A stretch of 64,000 nucleotides of DNA from an uncultured delta proteobacterium (GTDB lineage: Bacteria > Desulfobacterota > Syntrophia > Syntrophales > UBA2185): positions 544,001 through 608,000 of the forward strand of contig CAVSPA010000005.1 in assembly GCA_963729715.1 (NCBI GenBank), in the 5' to 3' direction. Position 1 is the first letter of the stretch, and every line of letters starts with the position of its first letter. Below the pieces are notes generated by a model, which saw nothing but the letters and a program-made list of their open reading frames with translations, had not been told where the DNA came from and made no database searches. Below are positions 49,737 through 58,885 of the stretch, piece after piece. Position numbers and translations under genes: made by a program.

Positions 49737-51689
49737 TTATGCTGTGATACTCATCGCTGCCCGGTATTCCGGAACGGACAGTGATCGCCACTTCTCCTGC
49801 CCCTGCAGCTCCAGCACACGGTTATGATACTCGAGGATGCTGGTGCGATGCCCGACACTGATATAATGGATATCCAGTTCATTTAATTTCCGGTAGAGGT
49901 TAGACTCATTTTCCAGGTCGAGGGCGCTCGTCGCTTCGTCCATGACGGCATACCTGGGCTGGTTCATCAGGAGCCGGGCAAAGGCCAGTCTCTGCTGTTC
50001 GCCGAGAGAAAGAACATCGGCCCAATCCAATTCCACTTCGAATCCGCCTACCCGCTGCGGCAGATCCTCAAGCCTGACCGTCTCCAGAACGCGTTGCAAA
50101 TCCTCTTCAGAGACCTGCCTTTCCAAGCGCGGGTAAAGCAGCTGATCCCGCAGTGATCCAAGCAGCATGTAAGGTTTTTGCGGGAGAAAAAAGATATCAG
50201 ACAAAGGCGGCCGATCGATCTCGCCTGCACCCTGTGTCCACAATCCTGCAATCGCCCTGAGAAGGGAACTCTTGCCTACGCCGCTCTGACCGACAACGAC
50301 CATGTTGTCACCGCTCTTCAAATCCACGGTCAAGTCATCGATGAGCTTGCGATTAGCATTCGGCGTAAGGAGTGTCAGATTATTCAGGGCAAACCGGTCG
50401 GCTTCGTGAGACTTGATACCGGGGGGCGGCGCCAGGGCGGGCGTGGTTACATCGGCAAAGGCTGACAGACGCTGCACACCTGCGGCAAAATTCGTTATCT
50501 GTTCAATCTGAGAGACGATCAGCGAGAGCGACGCGTACACCTGGGTGAATGCGAAATTGGCCTGAACCATGTCGCCGTATTCGATTTCGCCGCTGAAGTA
50601 CTGGGGAAACAGCACGAGAAACGGCAGGACCACAGGCAGGTAGCTGTACGCCGTAGTGAAAAACGACAGGTTCCGCTGCCAGCCGATGAGAAGACTGAAA
50701 TTTCCCAAGACGTTGCGAAAACGCTCTCCGATATGGGTGATCTCCGGTTTCTCGCCCTGATAAAAGGCAATCGACTCGGCGTTGTCCCGCACATGGACAA
50801 GAGAGTAACGGAAATCCGCCTCGTACCTGAGCTGATTGAAGTTCAAGCGGACAAGACGCCGTCCTATCAAGACAGTGAGGACACTCCCCACTAAAGAGTA
50901 GCCCAAGACCACGGCGACAAGGAGACCCGATTTCGACCAGAGAATCCCGGTAAAAGAAACGAGATCCATCAGAGAGCCCAGCAAAATCAAGAGAAAGACG
51001 AGAGAAGTCCGGGTAAACGAACGAATGTCTTCCATGATACGCTGATCAGGGTTGTCTATCTTCGAGCTTATCTCTATCTCATAATAGTTGCGGTTCTTAA
51101 AATAGTTATTGAGGAACTCTCCGGTCATCCATTCCCGCCACCGCATTCCCAGATAATTCTGCACGTAGCTGTATAACGCCACGATAGGAATTCCTACAAG
51201 GAACCCGCAGAAATACACGGCGACAAACAGATACGCCATGTCCTGATTTTTCTTGACCAGAGCGTTGGTGAAGTAGTTGCCGATATAGCTGAAGGCAACG
51301 TTGATACCCGTCACGGAAAAAGAAAGGAGAAGAACAACGGCAAGGAGAGTCCACGCCCGCTTGCGGGCGCGCAATTGTGGCGCAAAGAGCATGAAACATG
51401 CAGCAGGAATGATCAGGGCACCGGCGATAATCATCCAGGCATTGCTGTGAAAGACTTCCTTAAGCAGGGATAACAGTCCGGATGCTACTTTGGCGGTCAC
51501 GGAAGGTGCGAAGATGCTTCCCGCCATGGTAAGGCCTGCAACAACCATAAATAGAACGCCGAAAAGGAAAACAAGCAGCATCAATAAGAGCAGGAGCATG
51601 TACCAACTTCCGCCTCGAACAGTGGGGAAAAAATAAGGCTGGGCAATAGTGACAAATCGATTCCACAGGGAACGTTTAATCTCGTTCAT
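49737..51689 (-). CDS. ABC transporter permease/ATPase fusion (YddA/BacA/ABCD type)
   Basis: IDNPDQRI.ED, EADFR, NAESIAFY, GQSGVGKSS, LSLGEQQR, DEATSALD. Confidence 0.9.
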   Translation of the reverse strand: MNEIKRSLWNRFVTIAQPYFFPTVRGGSWYMLLLLLMLLVFLFGVLFMVVAGLTMAGSIFAPSVTAKVASGLLSLLKEVFHSNAWMIIAGALIIPAACFMLFAPQLRARKRAWTLLAVVLLLSFSVTGINVAFSYIGNYFTNALVKKNQDMAYLFVAVYFCGFLVGIPIVALYSYVQNYLGMRWREWMTGEFLNNYFKNRNYYEIEISSKIDNPDQRIMEDIRSFTRTSLVFLLILLGSLMDLVSFTGILWSKSGLLVAVVLGYSLVGSVLTVLIGRRLVRLNFNQLRYEADFRYSLVHVRDNAESIAFYQGEKPEITHIGERFRNVLGNFSLLIGWQRNLSFFTTAYSYLPVVLPFLVLFPQYFSGEIEYGDMVQANFAFTQVYASLSLIVSQIEQITNFAAGVQRLSAFADVTTPALAPPPGIKSHEADRFALNNLTLLTPNANRKLIDDLTVDLKSGDNMVVVGQSGVGKSSLLRAIAGLWTQGAGEIDRPPLSDIFFLPQKPYMLLGSLRDQLLYPRLERQVSEEDLQRVLETVRLEDLPQRVGGFEVELDWADVLSLGEQQRLAFARLLMNQPRYAVMDEATSALDLENESNLYRKLNELDIHYISVGHRTSILEYHNRVLELQGQEKWRSLSVPEYRAAMSITA

Positions 51690-51989
51690 CGATGGACATT
51701 CCTTTCCGATCAGATTTTTCCTGCATGAAACCAGGTTCCGCTTCTCATCTCCCTAAGAGACGATCACCGGGGGAGAGGCTCTCACGAAGTTATTCGTATT
51801 TTGTCAGCAAGATAACCTCGCGTTATGGTCAGCTATAATATAACCAAATTCATGGTGGAATGGAATCGCAGATTGACGTGGACAACCAATCCTGACCCTT
51901 CCTTTCCTGTAAACCGATAAATTTTATTGTCAATTTGTTCATTCATGTATAAAATTATCATACTATTCCGAAAATGAATTAGAAAAGAT

Positions 51990-52220
51990 ATGAGCAAGGA
52001 ACTTCCTTCCGGAACAGGACAGCAGACTCAAGGGACGGAATTAAACTGTTTTTCCTGTTGCCATTTCTACATCACCTATGAGACGCAATTTCCCTATGGG
52101 TGTCGAAAGGCGGGCTTTAAGTCGCGGCTGATGCCTTCAAAGGTGATGTACGCATACTCCGGAATGGAGTGCCAGTTGTTTCTGGAAAAAGAGAACCCGC
52201 AAAAGACTAAACCCGTTTGA
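51990..52220 (+). CDS. Small conserved Cys-rich protein of unknown function
   Basis: NCFSC.HFYIT.....PYGC...GFKS..MPS..V...SG..C pattern. Confidence 0.65.
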   Translation: MSKELPSGTGQQTQGTELNCFSCCHFYITYETQFPYGCRKAGFKSRLMPSKVMYAYSGMECQLFLEKENPQKTKPV

Positions 52221-52293
52221 TAGATGGAATTTGCAACCGCGAAAACAAACCTGATGTGATTGCGGAACCGGCCGGCTTAACGATTTAACTATC

Positions 52294-54462
52294 ATGAGAA
52301 ATATGCTTTCAGATAAGCTTGCAAAAGTTCATATCTCTTTCCGCCTGGCAATATCGACAATCCTTACGGTACTGCTTGTCGGCACCGTAGCCGTAACGGG
52401 CATTCTCTCCTACGTGAACCTCACGAGGGATACCAAAGATCTCTCCGCGCAGATTCTCGATCAGACGTCCCAGCGCATCAGTCAGTGGGTGGGGAATCTT
52501 CTTTTCAAAGCCCACGATCAGAGCGAAATAAACAGCTCACTGCTGGGCACAATCAAACTGAATCAGGAAAGTTTCACAAAGCTCGCCCATTACTGGCAGA
52601 AAGTGATGGAGGCACAGCCGTTCTTTACCTTTCTTTCCGTAGACCTTGAGTCTGACGTGCTGCTCTCCATAGAGCGCATGCAGGATAGAAAGCTCACGAT
52701 CCGTGAGGCTCACGTCAATAGAAAAATTCACACTGCCGAATTTTTTGATTTCTGGCCTGCGGATTATCAGAAGCGAAAATTTTATGCCCGCAAAAAGATT
52801 GAGATGGCTTCAACGTCGGGACGGCCACCCTGGTATATTAAGGCCAAAGAAGCGGGCCACCACGTATGGACAGATGCCCGCACAATTCGCCTCGGTGCAG
52901 AAGTGTTTCCGGGCATCACCTATGCCGCACCCATTTATGACAAGGACGGGAAGCTGCGCGGGGTCACGACAATCGATTTTAACATCACTACCATATCGGA
53001 ATTTCTTGCCAAAAACAGGGTTGGTCAGGCGGGGTTTGCATTCATCATTGAGAAACCAGTCGACGGGGAGCCGCACGTGATCGCCTTCCCGAAGCCGGAA
53101 ATCCTGACCCATGCCGTAACTGACAGCCGGGGACGCACTCAATACGAATTCGTTCCAACAAGAAATCTCAGCGATGACAGGGTCGTCAGCTTCATGGAAA
53201 AGTTCTCTCAGAATAGTCTCAAGCATCCCGGCGCCACTCTGCGGACATTCGATTTCACCTCCGACGGCACCGACTATTTTGGAAGTTACCGGCTAATGAC
53301 GGGCAAGGAACTTCCGGGATGGACCGTCGCCCTGGTCATCCCCCGCGATGAGATAATGGGGCCGGTCAAACGCAATAACAGGCAGACGCTCGGAATAGGG
53401 TTGGCGAGCTTTTTCGTGATCTTGATTGTGAGTGTGTGGATTTCCATGCGCATCTCAAAGCCTCTCGGAGAAATCGCGCGTGAAACGGAGGCTATCGGCC
53501 AATTCAAACTGGAAGCGCAGCCCCTCGGGCACTCGATGTTCAAGGAAGTGGATCAGTTGATGGTGGCCACCCAAAATATGAAGACAAGCCTGCGCTCTTT
53601 TCAGAAGTACGTGCCGGCGGATCTTGTGCGTGAGGTCCTGGCTTCCGGCCAGGAAGCGGAGCTCGGCGGCCGCAGGGATACTCTAACAATCTTCTTTTCC
53701 GATATCAAAGGTTTTACGTCCATCTCGGAAGTTCTTTCGCCGGAATCACTCGTAGAGCAAATGGCCGAATATCTGGAGGCGATGAGCAACGAGATCCGGG
53801 AAAATCCGCCGGGCACAGTCGATAAGTTTATCGGGGACAGCATCATGGCCTTCTGGGGTGCTCCCACACCCAACCCGGACCACGCACCGTCAGCGTGCCG
53901 TGCGGCGCTCCTCTGCCAGGAGAGATTGGGACAATTGAGGGAAAAGTGGAAACAGGAAGGGAAACCTCTTTTCTTCCAGCGCATCGGCATATACACAGGA
54001 GAGGTGATTGTAGGCAACATAGGCAGTGAGTCCCGGATGAACTACACGGTTATAGGCGACACCGTGAATATAGCGAGCCGTCTTGAAGGCCTCAACAAGT
54101 ATTACGGCACGCCGATCGTCATCGGGCACAGCACGTGCGAGCTGGTGAAAGAAGATTTCATTGTCCGTCCCCTCGACCTCGTATCGGTCGTGGGCAGCAC
54201 AAAGGGCATCAAGATATATGAACTGTTCGGGGAGAAAAAAAACACGGATGAACAAAAAATCCGGGTTGCGGAACTTTGTGCAACGGCATTGGAACTGTAT
54301 CTGGGCAGGCGCTGGAATGAAGCAATGGACAACTATAAAAAGGTGCTCGAATTAAGTCCTGAAGATCAACCCGCCATTATCATGCTGGAGCGCTGCAGGC
54401 TGTATCTGGAAAATCCGCCGTCCGATGATTGGACAGGCATCCACCGCATTGAAAACAAATAA
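52294..54462 (+). CDS. Membrane class III adenylate cyclase (Cache-HAMP-cyclase-TPR-like)
   Basis: Two TMs flanking a sensor domain; FSDIKGFT, DKFIGD, YTVIGDTVNIASRLE. Confidence 0.92.
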   Translation: MRNMLSDKLAKVHISFRLAISTILTVLLVGTVAVTGILSYVNLTRDTKDLSAQILDQTSQRISQWVGNLLFKAHDQSEINSSLLGTIKLNQESFTKLAHYWQKVMEAQPFFTFLSVDLESDVLLSIERMQDRKLTIREAHVNRKIHTAEFFDFWPADYQKRKFYARKKIEMASTSGRPPWYIKAKEAGHHVWTDARTIRLGAEVFPGITYAAPIYDKDGKLRGVTTIDFNITTISEFLAKNRVGQAGFAFIIEKPVDGEPHVIAFPKPEILTHAVTDSRGRTQYEFVPTRNLSDDRVVSFMEKFSQNSLKHPGATLRTFDFTSDGTDYFGSYRLMTGKELPGWTVALVIPRDEIMGPVKRNNRQTLGIGLASFFVILIVSVWISMRISKPLGEIARETEAIGQFKLEAQPLGHSMFKEVDQLMVATQNMKTSLRSFQKYVPADLVREVLASGQEAELGGRRDTLTIFFSDIKGFTSISEVLSPESLVEQMAEYLEAMSNEIRENPPGTVDKFIGDSIMAFWGAPTPNPDHAPSACRAALLCQERLGQLREKWKQEGKPLFFQRIGIYTGEVIVGNIGSESRMNYTVIGDTVNIASRLEGLNKYYGTPIVIGHSTCELVKEDFIVRPLDLVSVVGSTKGIKIYELFGEKKNTDEQKIRVAELCATALELYLGRRWNEAMDNYKKVLELSPEDQPAIIMLERCRLYLENPPSDDWTGIHRIENK

Positions 54463-54541
54463 TCAAAACATCATAAATCAACTATTGACGTTTAGACGTT
54501 ATGCTCTTACAGTATTCCCATTACAATCAGGCAGTGATGTT

Positions 54542-54810
54542 ATGGCGACGTTAACGAAGCGAGCCGCCATATACTTTGACACCACCCTGCACAAAGCTCT
54601 GCAGCTTAAATCTGTGGAGACTTCTCGATCTTTTTCCAGGCTTGTAAACGATGCCGTTAAATAAGCCCTTGCTGAGGATGCCGAGAATCTCAAAGTATTT
54701 GAAGAAAAGCTCACGAACCTCTGATCGGCTATGAGAAGATAGTCAAGAGGCTTAAGAAAGATGGCAGGATACAGAGTCTCAAGCGTTCGGTTTGGAAAGA
54801 CTTCAGAGGA
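54542..54810 (+). pseudogene. Degenerate CopG-type antitoxin plus 5' stub of a RelE/ParE toxin
   Basis: MATLTKRAAIYFD..LHKALQLKS.ETSRS.S.LVNDAVK*ALAEDAE... (stop 54662-54664, frameshift near 54705) ...YEKIVKRLKKDGRI; overlapping MAGYRV..KRSVWKDF breaks off. Confidence 0.7.
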
Positions 54811-54887
54811 AGCGTAATAAAATTAGATTAGACAAATATAATACATTAAAGCAGAAAAAGTCTGAAGCTGTAAGGGGGGGCCACGGA

Positions 54888-56569
54888 ATGAAACAGAAGA
54901 CTGATGACCAGAAGGCTGCTGCAAGGCTCAAGAAAGATTTCAAGACGTGGCACACTGATATCTACGGCTCTCAGAAAGAGCGCAAGCCCCATTTTAAGAC
55001 CCTCTCCTGAATTCCCATACAACCGCTTTACACACCTCTCGATACGGCAAATATTGACTATCTCAAAGATCTGGGATTCCCCAGCTGCGAACCGTATATC
55101 CGCGGCGTTCACCCAACCATGTATAGGGGAAGAGTGTGGACGCATCGACAACTCGCGGGTTTTGGTCCGCCTGAAGAGACGAATAACCGCTATAAGTTTC
55201 TTCTTCAACAGGGGGCAACGGGGATCAACGGCGTCTTTGATTACCCGACCCTGCGGGGCTACGACAGCGATGATCGGGAGGTATACGCCGACGTAGGCCG
55301 CGGCGGCGTTGCCATCGACACAATCGAGGACATGCGAATCTTATTTGACGGAATTGCGATCGACAAGGTCAGCGTATCACTGGTCACATGTCAACCTATC
55401 TGTAATATCTCGATTCAGTCGATGTATTTTGCCAATGCAGAGCGGAAAGGATTGTCCCTGAACGTATTATCGGGAACGAGCCAGAACGACTTCCTGATGG
55501 AGACAGCCATTACAACCGCCCCGAGCGTCCTGCCGCCAAAGGTTTCCTTCAAGTTGAGCTGTGATGCCATCGAATTTTGCACACAACATGTACCGCGATG
55601 GAATCCCATCAGCTTTGCCGGATACAATTACCGGGAAGCCGGATGCACGGCGCCCCAGGAAGTTGCTTTTGTCATTTCCTGTGCCATTGCCTGCTGCGAG
55701 GAACTGATCCGGCGCGGCCTCGACATTGATAGCTTCGCTCCTAGGCTCAGCTATTTTCTTTCCGCGCACAATGATCTCTTTGAGGAAATCGCAAAGTACC
55801 GGGCTGCGCGAAGAGTCTATCACAGAATCATGAAGGCGCGGTTCGGCGCAACTGATCCTCGTTCCCTGATGTTCCGGCTCCACGTGCAAACAGCCGGTGT
55901 AGCTCTCACCGCCCAGCAACCTTTGAACAACATTGCCAGGGCTGCCTACCACGCCCTTTCTGCCGTACTGGGTGGAGCCCAGTCTGTACATGTTGATGCT
56001 TACGATGAGGCGCTGTGCACACCCACGGAGCTTTCGTCATTGACGGCGCTGCGCACGCAGCAAATCCTGCAGATGGAAACAGGCGTCACAAATACGGTGG
56101 ATCCATTAGGCGGATCATTCTTTGTGGAATCTCTGACCAATAAAATGGAGGCCGAGGTCGAAAGAATTATCTCGGAGATTGACGGCATGGGCGGTATTGT
56201 CAAGGCGGTCGAAAAGGGATGGATGCATACTGAGATAGCATCGGCTGCTTATCAGTATCAGGTTGACATTGAATCCGGCGAGATGCCCATCGTCGGGGTA
56301 AATTGCTTTAAGATCGAAGATGAAGTTCTTCCCATAGAGCTTTTCAAGGGCCCGGAAACGCTGCTTATCCAGAAAGAGAAACTCAAGAGGAACAGAAAAG
56401 ACCGAAATCCCAGGGAAGCTGCGAAGGCCCTCGATGCTATTACGAGCTGTTGCGAGCGGGACGGAAACCTTATGGAGGTCATTGTAGACGCCGTCAAGAC
56501 GCACGTTACGGAGGGAGAAATATCAAAGACTCTGAAGACATTTTTATGGGATATGGCACCCACCCCTCT
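54888..56569 (+). pseudogene. B12-dependent acyl-CoA mutase large subunit, disrupted
   Basis: RGVHPTMYRGR, FDYPT..GYDSD, QND, EEIAKYRAARR, DPLGGS. In-frame TGA at 55008-55010, probable +1 T at 56541-56545, IS110 in the last codon (native stop 58286-58288). Confidence 0.85.
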
Positions 56570-56600
56570 CCTGAGAAACTTCACGTCCAATAAGGGTTTC

Positions 56601-58001
56601 CTAAGAACGTACATTGCTAGCGAGAGGTTCCAAAGTAATGGCATAACCTAATTGTTTGGCTTTAGTTTTAATATTTTTAATTACTCGTTCTTTGTATTTT
56701 TGTTCATAATAGTCTACTCCGGGGTCCAGATAGGCTTCTCCGTTTTTCCAAAGACGATAGAATATGCGGGCAAGCTTATGGGCTGTCGCGGTAATCGCTT
56801 TGGGTGCCCCAAGCCTCGCACGCATACGGCGGTAATATGCGCCTAAGGCACTTGCGCTGCTGTGCAAAGATTCAGCGGCCATACGAAAGGCTTCAGCGGC
56901 TCGATTTACCACTTTACGGGTTTTACTGGATTTTACTTTTCCGCCGGTAATGCGATTATCCGGGCATAATCCCAGCCAGGATGCAAAATGCTTCTCCGTA
57001 GGGAAAGATCCAGGATTAAGGCCAACCTCGCTAATGACCGTCTGGACAGTCATTACATCCAACCCGTCAATCCGGGTTAAATCGGCGCCGGTTATCCGGT
57101 ATAAGTGAGTATGCAAATCGATTTTAGGCTCGTTGCGTCTTCGCTTTCTGTTTGCCTTTTTTGAAGGAGGCACCGGGTTAGTGTTTATGTCTAATTTGGA
57201 GTCGAATTGGGCCAAACAATTCTCTATCTGCCGGTCGCAGGCTTCAATCTTCTGGTGATAAAAATCATAAAGTTCAACGGCCTGCTTTAAAGCAAACATA
57301 TGTTCTTCACGATAGTCCCCTTCCAGAGATTTGACGATGTCCTGGACACTGCACATAATACGGCGATCTCTCATGTCGGCCAAAACAAGGGGGTCACGTT
57401 CACCGGCAATGATGGCACGAACAATACGCATGCCGGTAACACCGGTAATGTCCGAGATGACTTTGTGCAACTGGATATTCATCTCCGTAAGCGCCTTCTG
57501 CATATGCAGGATATGAGAGGATGCATAACGAAGAAGATTGTCACGATGGCGCCAATAACTCCTCATAACACAAATCTGGTCTTCCGGTCGAAACGAACCG
57601 CTTAAAAGACCGTAGGCATGGAGATTTTGCAGCCATTGGCAATCCTGAACATCCGATTTACGGCCGGGAACATTCTTCACATGCCGGGCATTAACCAGTT
57701 TGACCTCAAACCCGTAAGTCTCAAGAATTTGAAACACCGGGATCCAATAAACACCCGTTGACTCCATGGCAACACTATCGATTCGGCACTCTTTCAGCCA
57801 CTGGGCCATCGCATGAAGATCGGATGTAAAACAACGGAAGGGACGCACGGGACGCTTATCACGATCTTCGGGGACGGCGACATAATGCTCCTCTGCACCG
57901 ATATCTATGCCGGCGGCATTTAAATTAAGCTTGGATAGCATACCGGAATCCTTAGATTGGACGGATAACTTCTTTTGTTGCCTTTTAAGACTGTTCCCCA
58001 T
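56601..58001 (-). CDS. IS110-family DEDD recombinase/transposase
   Basis: GIDIG, AMESTGVYW, KSDVQD (DEDD), C-terminal SWLGLCP..RITGGK, ATAHKLAR; ATG 58001 after a GGGGG RBS. Confidence 0.95.
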   Translation of the reverse strand: MGNSLKRQQKKLSVQSKDSGMLSKLNLNAAGIDIGAEEHYVAVPEDRDKRPVRPFRCFTSDLHAMAQWLKECRIDSVAMESTGVYWIPVFQILETYGFEVKLVNARHVKNVPGRKSDVQDCQWLQNLHAYGLLSGSFRPEDQICVMRSYWRHRDNLLRYASSHILHMQKALTEMNIQLHKVISDITGVTGMRIVRAIIAGERDPLVLADMRDRRIMCSVQDIVKSLEGDYREEHMFALKQAVELYDFYHQKIEACDRQIENCLAQFDSKLDINTNPVPPSKKANRKRRRNEPKIDLHTHLYRITGADLTRIDGLDVMTVQTVISEVGLNPGSFPTEKHFASWLGLCPDNRITGGKVKSSKTRKVVNRAAEAFRMAAESLHSSASALGAYYRRMRARLGAPKAITATAHKLARIFYRLWKNGEAYLDPGVDYYEQKYKERVIKNIKTKAKQLGYAITLEPLASNVRS

Positions 58002-58026
58002 AAACTTGCCCCCTGATTGGTTTTTG

Positions 58027-58200
58027 GGGCATGCCCCGGCCCGAGTCGGTAAAAAACGGTTAATCTCCTGAACGGGATCTGACATGCCGAAAAGACATGA
58101 TTTGTCACCAATGTAATAACCAAAGAAAACTCGGTACCATGCTTCTAGACGGGTATGAAAACACCAGTGAGGAGTCGATATTGACTGCCGGGGCGCACCC
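58027..58200 (-). ncRNA. Putative IS110 bridge RNA (about 174 nt)
   Basis: Closing stem 58187-58200/58027-58040; two internal loops carry segments matching the target (ACTCCTC, TAGAAG) and the donor (ATTG, TCAGGAG). Confidence 0.75.
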
Positions 58201-58319
58201 GCTGCCTACTTTATAAAATTGTATTTAATAAAGCCAGTTTCTTCCATGAATAACACCGTTGCGTAGCACCGGGGTCAATTGCTTCTAAGTAGTCAGGAAA
58301 CTTTCCAGGAGAACAGACA

Positions 58320-58706
58320 ATGAGCAAAAGAAAAAGGATTCTTGTAGCCCGCCTAGGCATGGATGCCCACTGGAGAGGTAGCGTCGTGGTGGCAAGGGCT
58401 TTGAGGGATGCGGGGATGGAGGTGATTTATATAGGCAATCAGATGCCTGAGGGAATCGTAAAAGCCGCCATTCAGGAGAGCGTGGATATTATCGGATTAA
58501 GTTCTCTCTCAGGCAACCACATGATTCTGGCCCCGGAGGTCGTCCAAATTCTCAAAAGGGCGGGCGCAGACGATATAAAAGTAATCTTCGGAGGAACTGT
58601 ACCGCCCGAAGATATTCCCCTGCTGAAGGAAGCTGGGATCTAGGAAGTGTTCGGCCCAGGGACCTCCGTTAAAAAAATCATCGATTTCGTTAACTCCCTA
58701 GATTGA
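58320..58706 (+). pseudogene. Cobalamin-binding small subunit of the mutase, with in-frame TAG
   Basis: DAHWRG (DxHxxG), ALRDAGMEVIY, GLSSLSG, GGTVP; TAG at 58641-58643 is followed in frame by EVFGPGTSVKKIIDFV. Confidence 0.85.
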
Positions 58707-58885
58707 TTGATTTGGACAGCTTTTCTTAAAAAATTTATCCTAGCAGATTTCACCAAATTTTAGTTAGCATTCTGCCATCGATTGTCCCCCGGTACAGACC
58801 TGTACTTTTTATCGCGAGTAAATAGGCGGCACCCTGGTATAAGGTTTTTATGAGTTTCAGAGAATTAAGGTGCTCCATACTCTCT

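Larger units (their letters stand above)
56570..58283 (-). mobile_element. IS110-family element with duplicated CT core
   Basis: Left junction CCCCT-CT-CCTGAG (CT 56568-56569), right junction CAATTG-CT-TCTAAG (CT 58282-58283). Removal restores ...CAC CCA CCC CTC TTC TAA. No terminal IRs. Confidence 0.88.

Noticed and set aside
55008..55010. In-frame TGA in the mutase as Sec or UGA=Gly recoding
   Set aside because: It sits at a conserved Gly (TLSGIP; GGA to TGA is one change), TGA ends many normal genes here, and the gene has other lesions.
58641..58643. In-frame TAG in the B12-binding subunit as pyrrolysine
   Set aside because: Non-catalytic position, one change from AAG/GAG/CAG, partner gene is broken, and no pyl genes are in the window; nonsense mutation or sequencing error is simpler.
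58710..58720. ATTTGGACAGC resembling the IS4 right IR
   Set aside because: Short isolated match with no partner end or transposase remnant.
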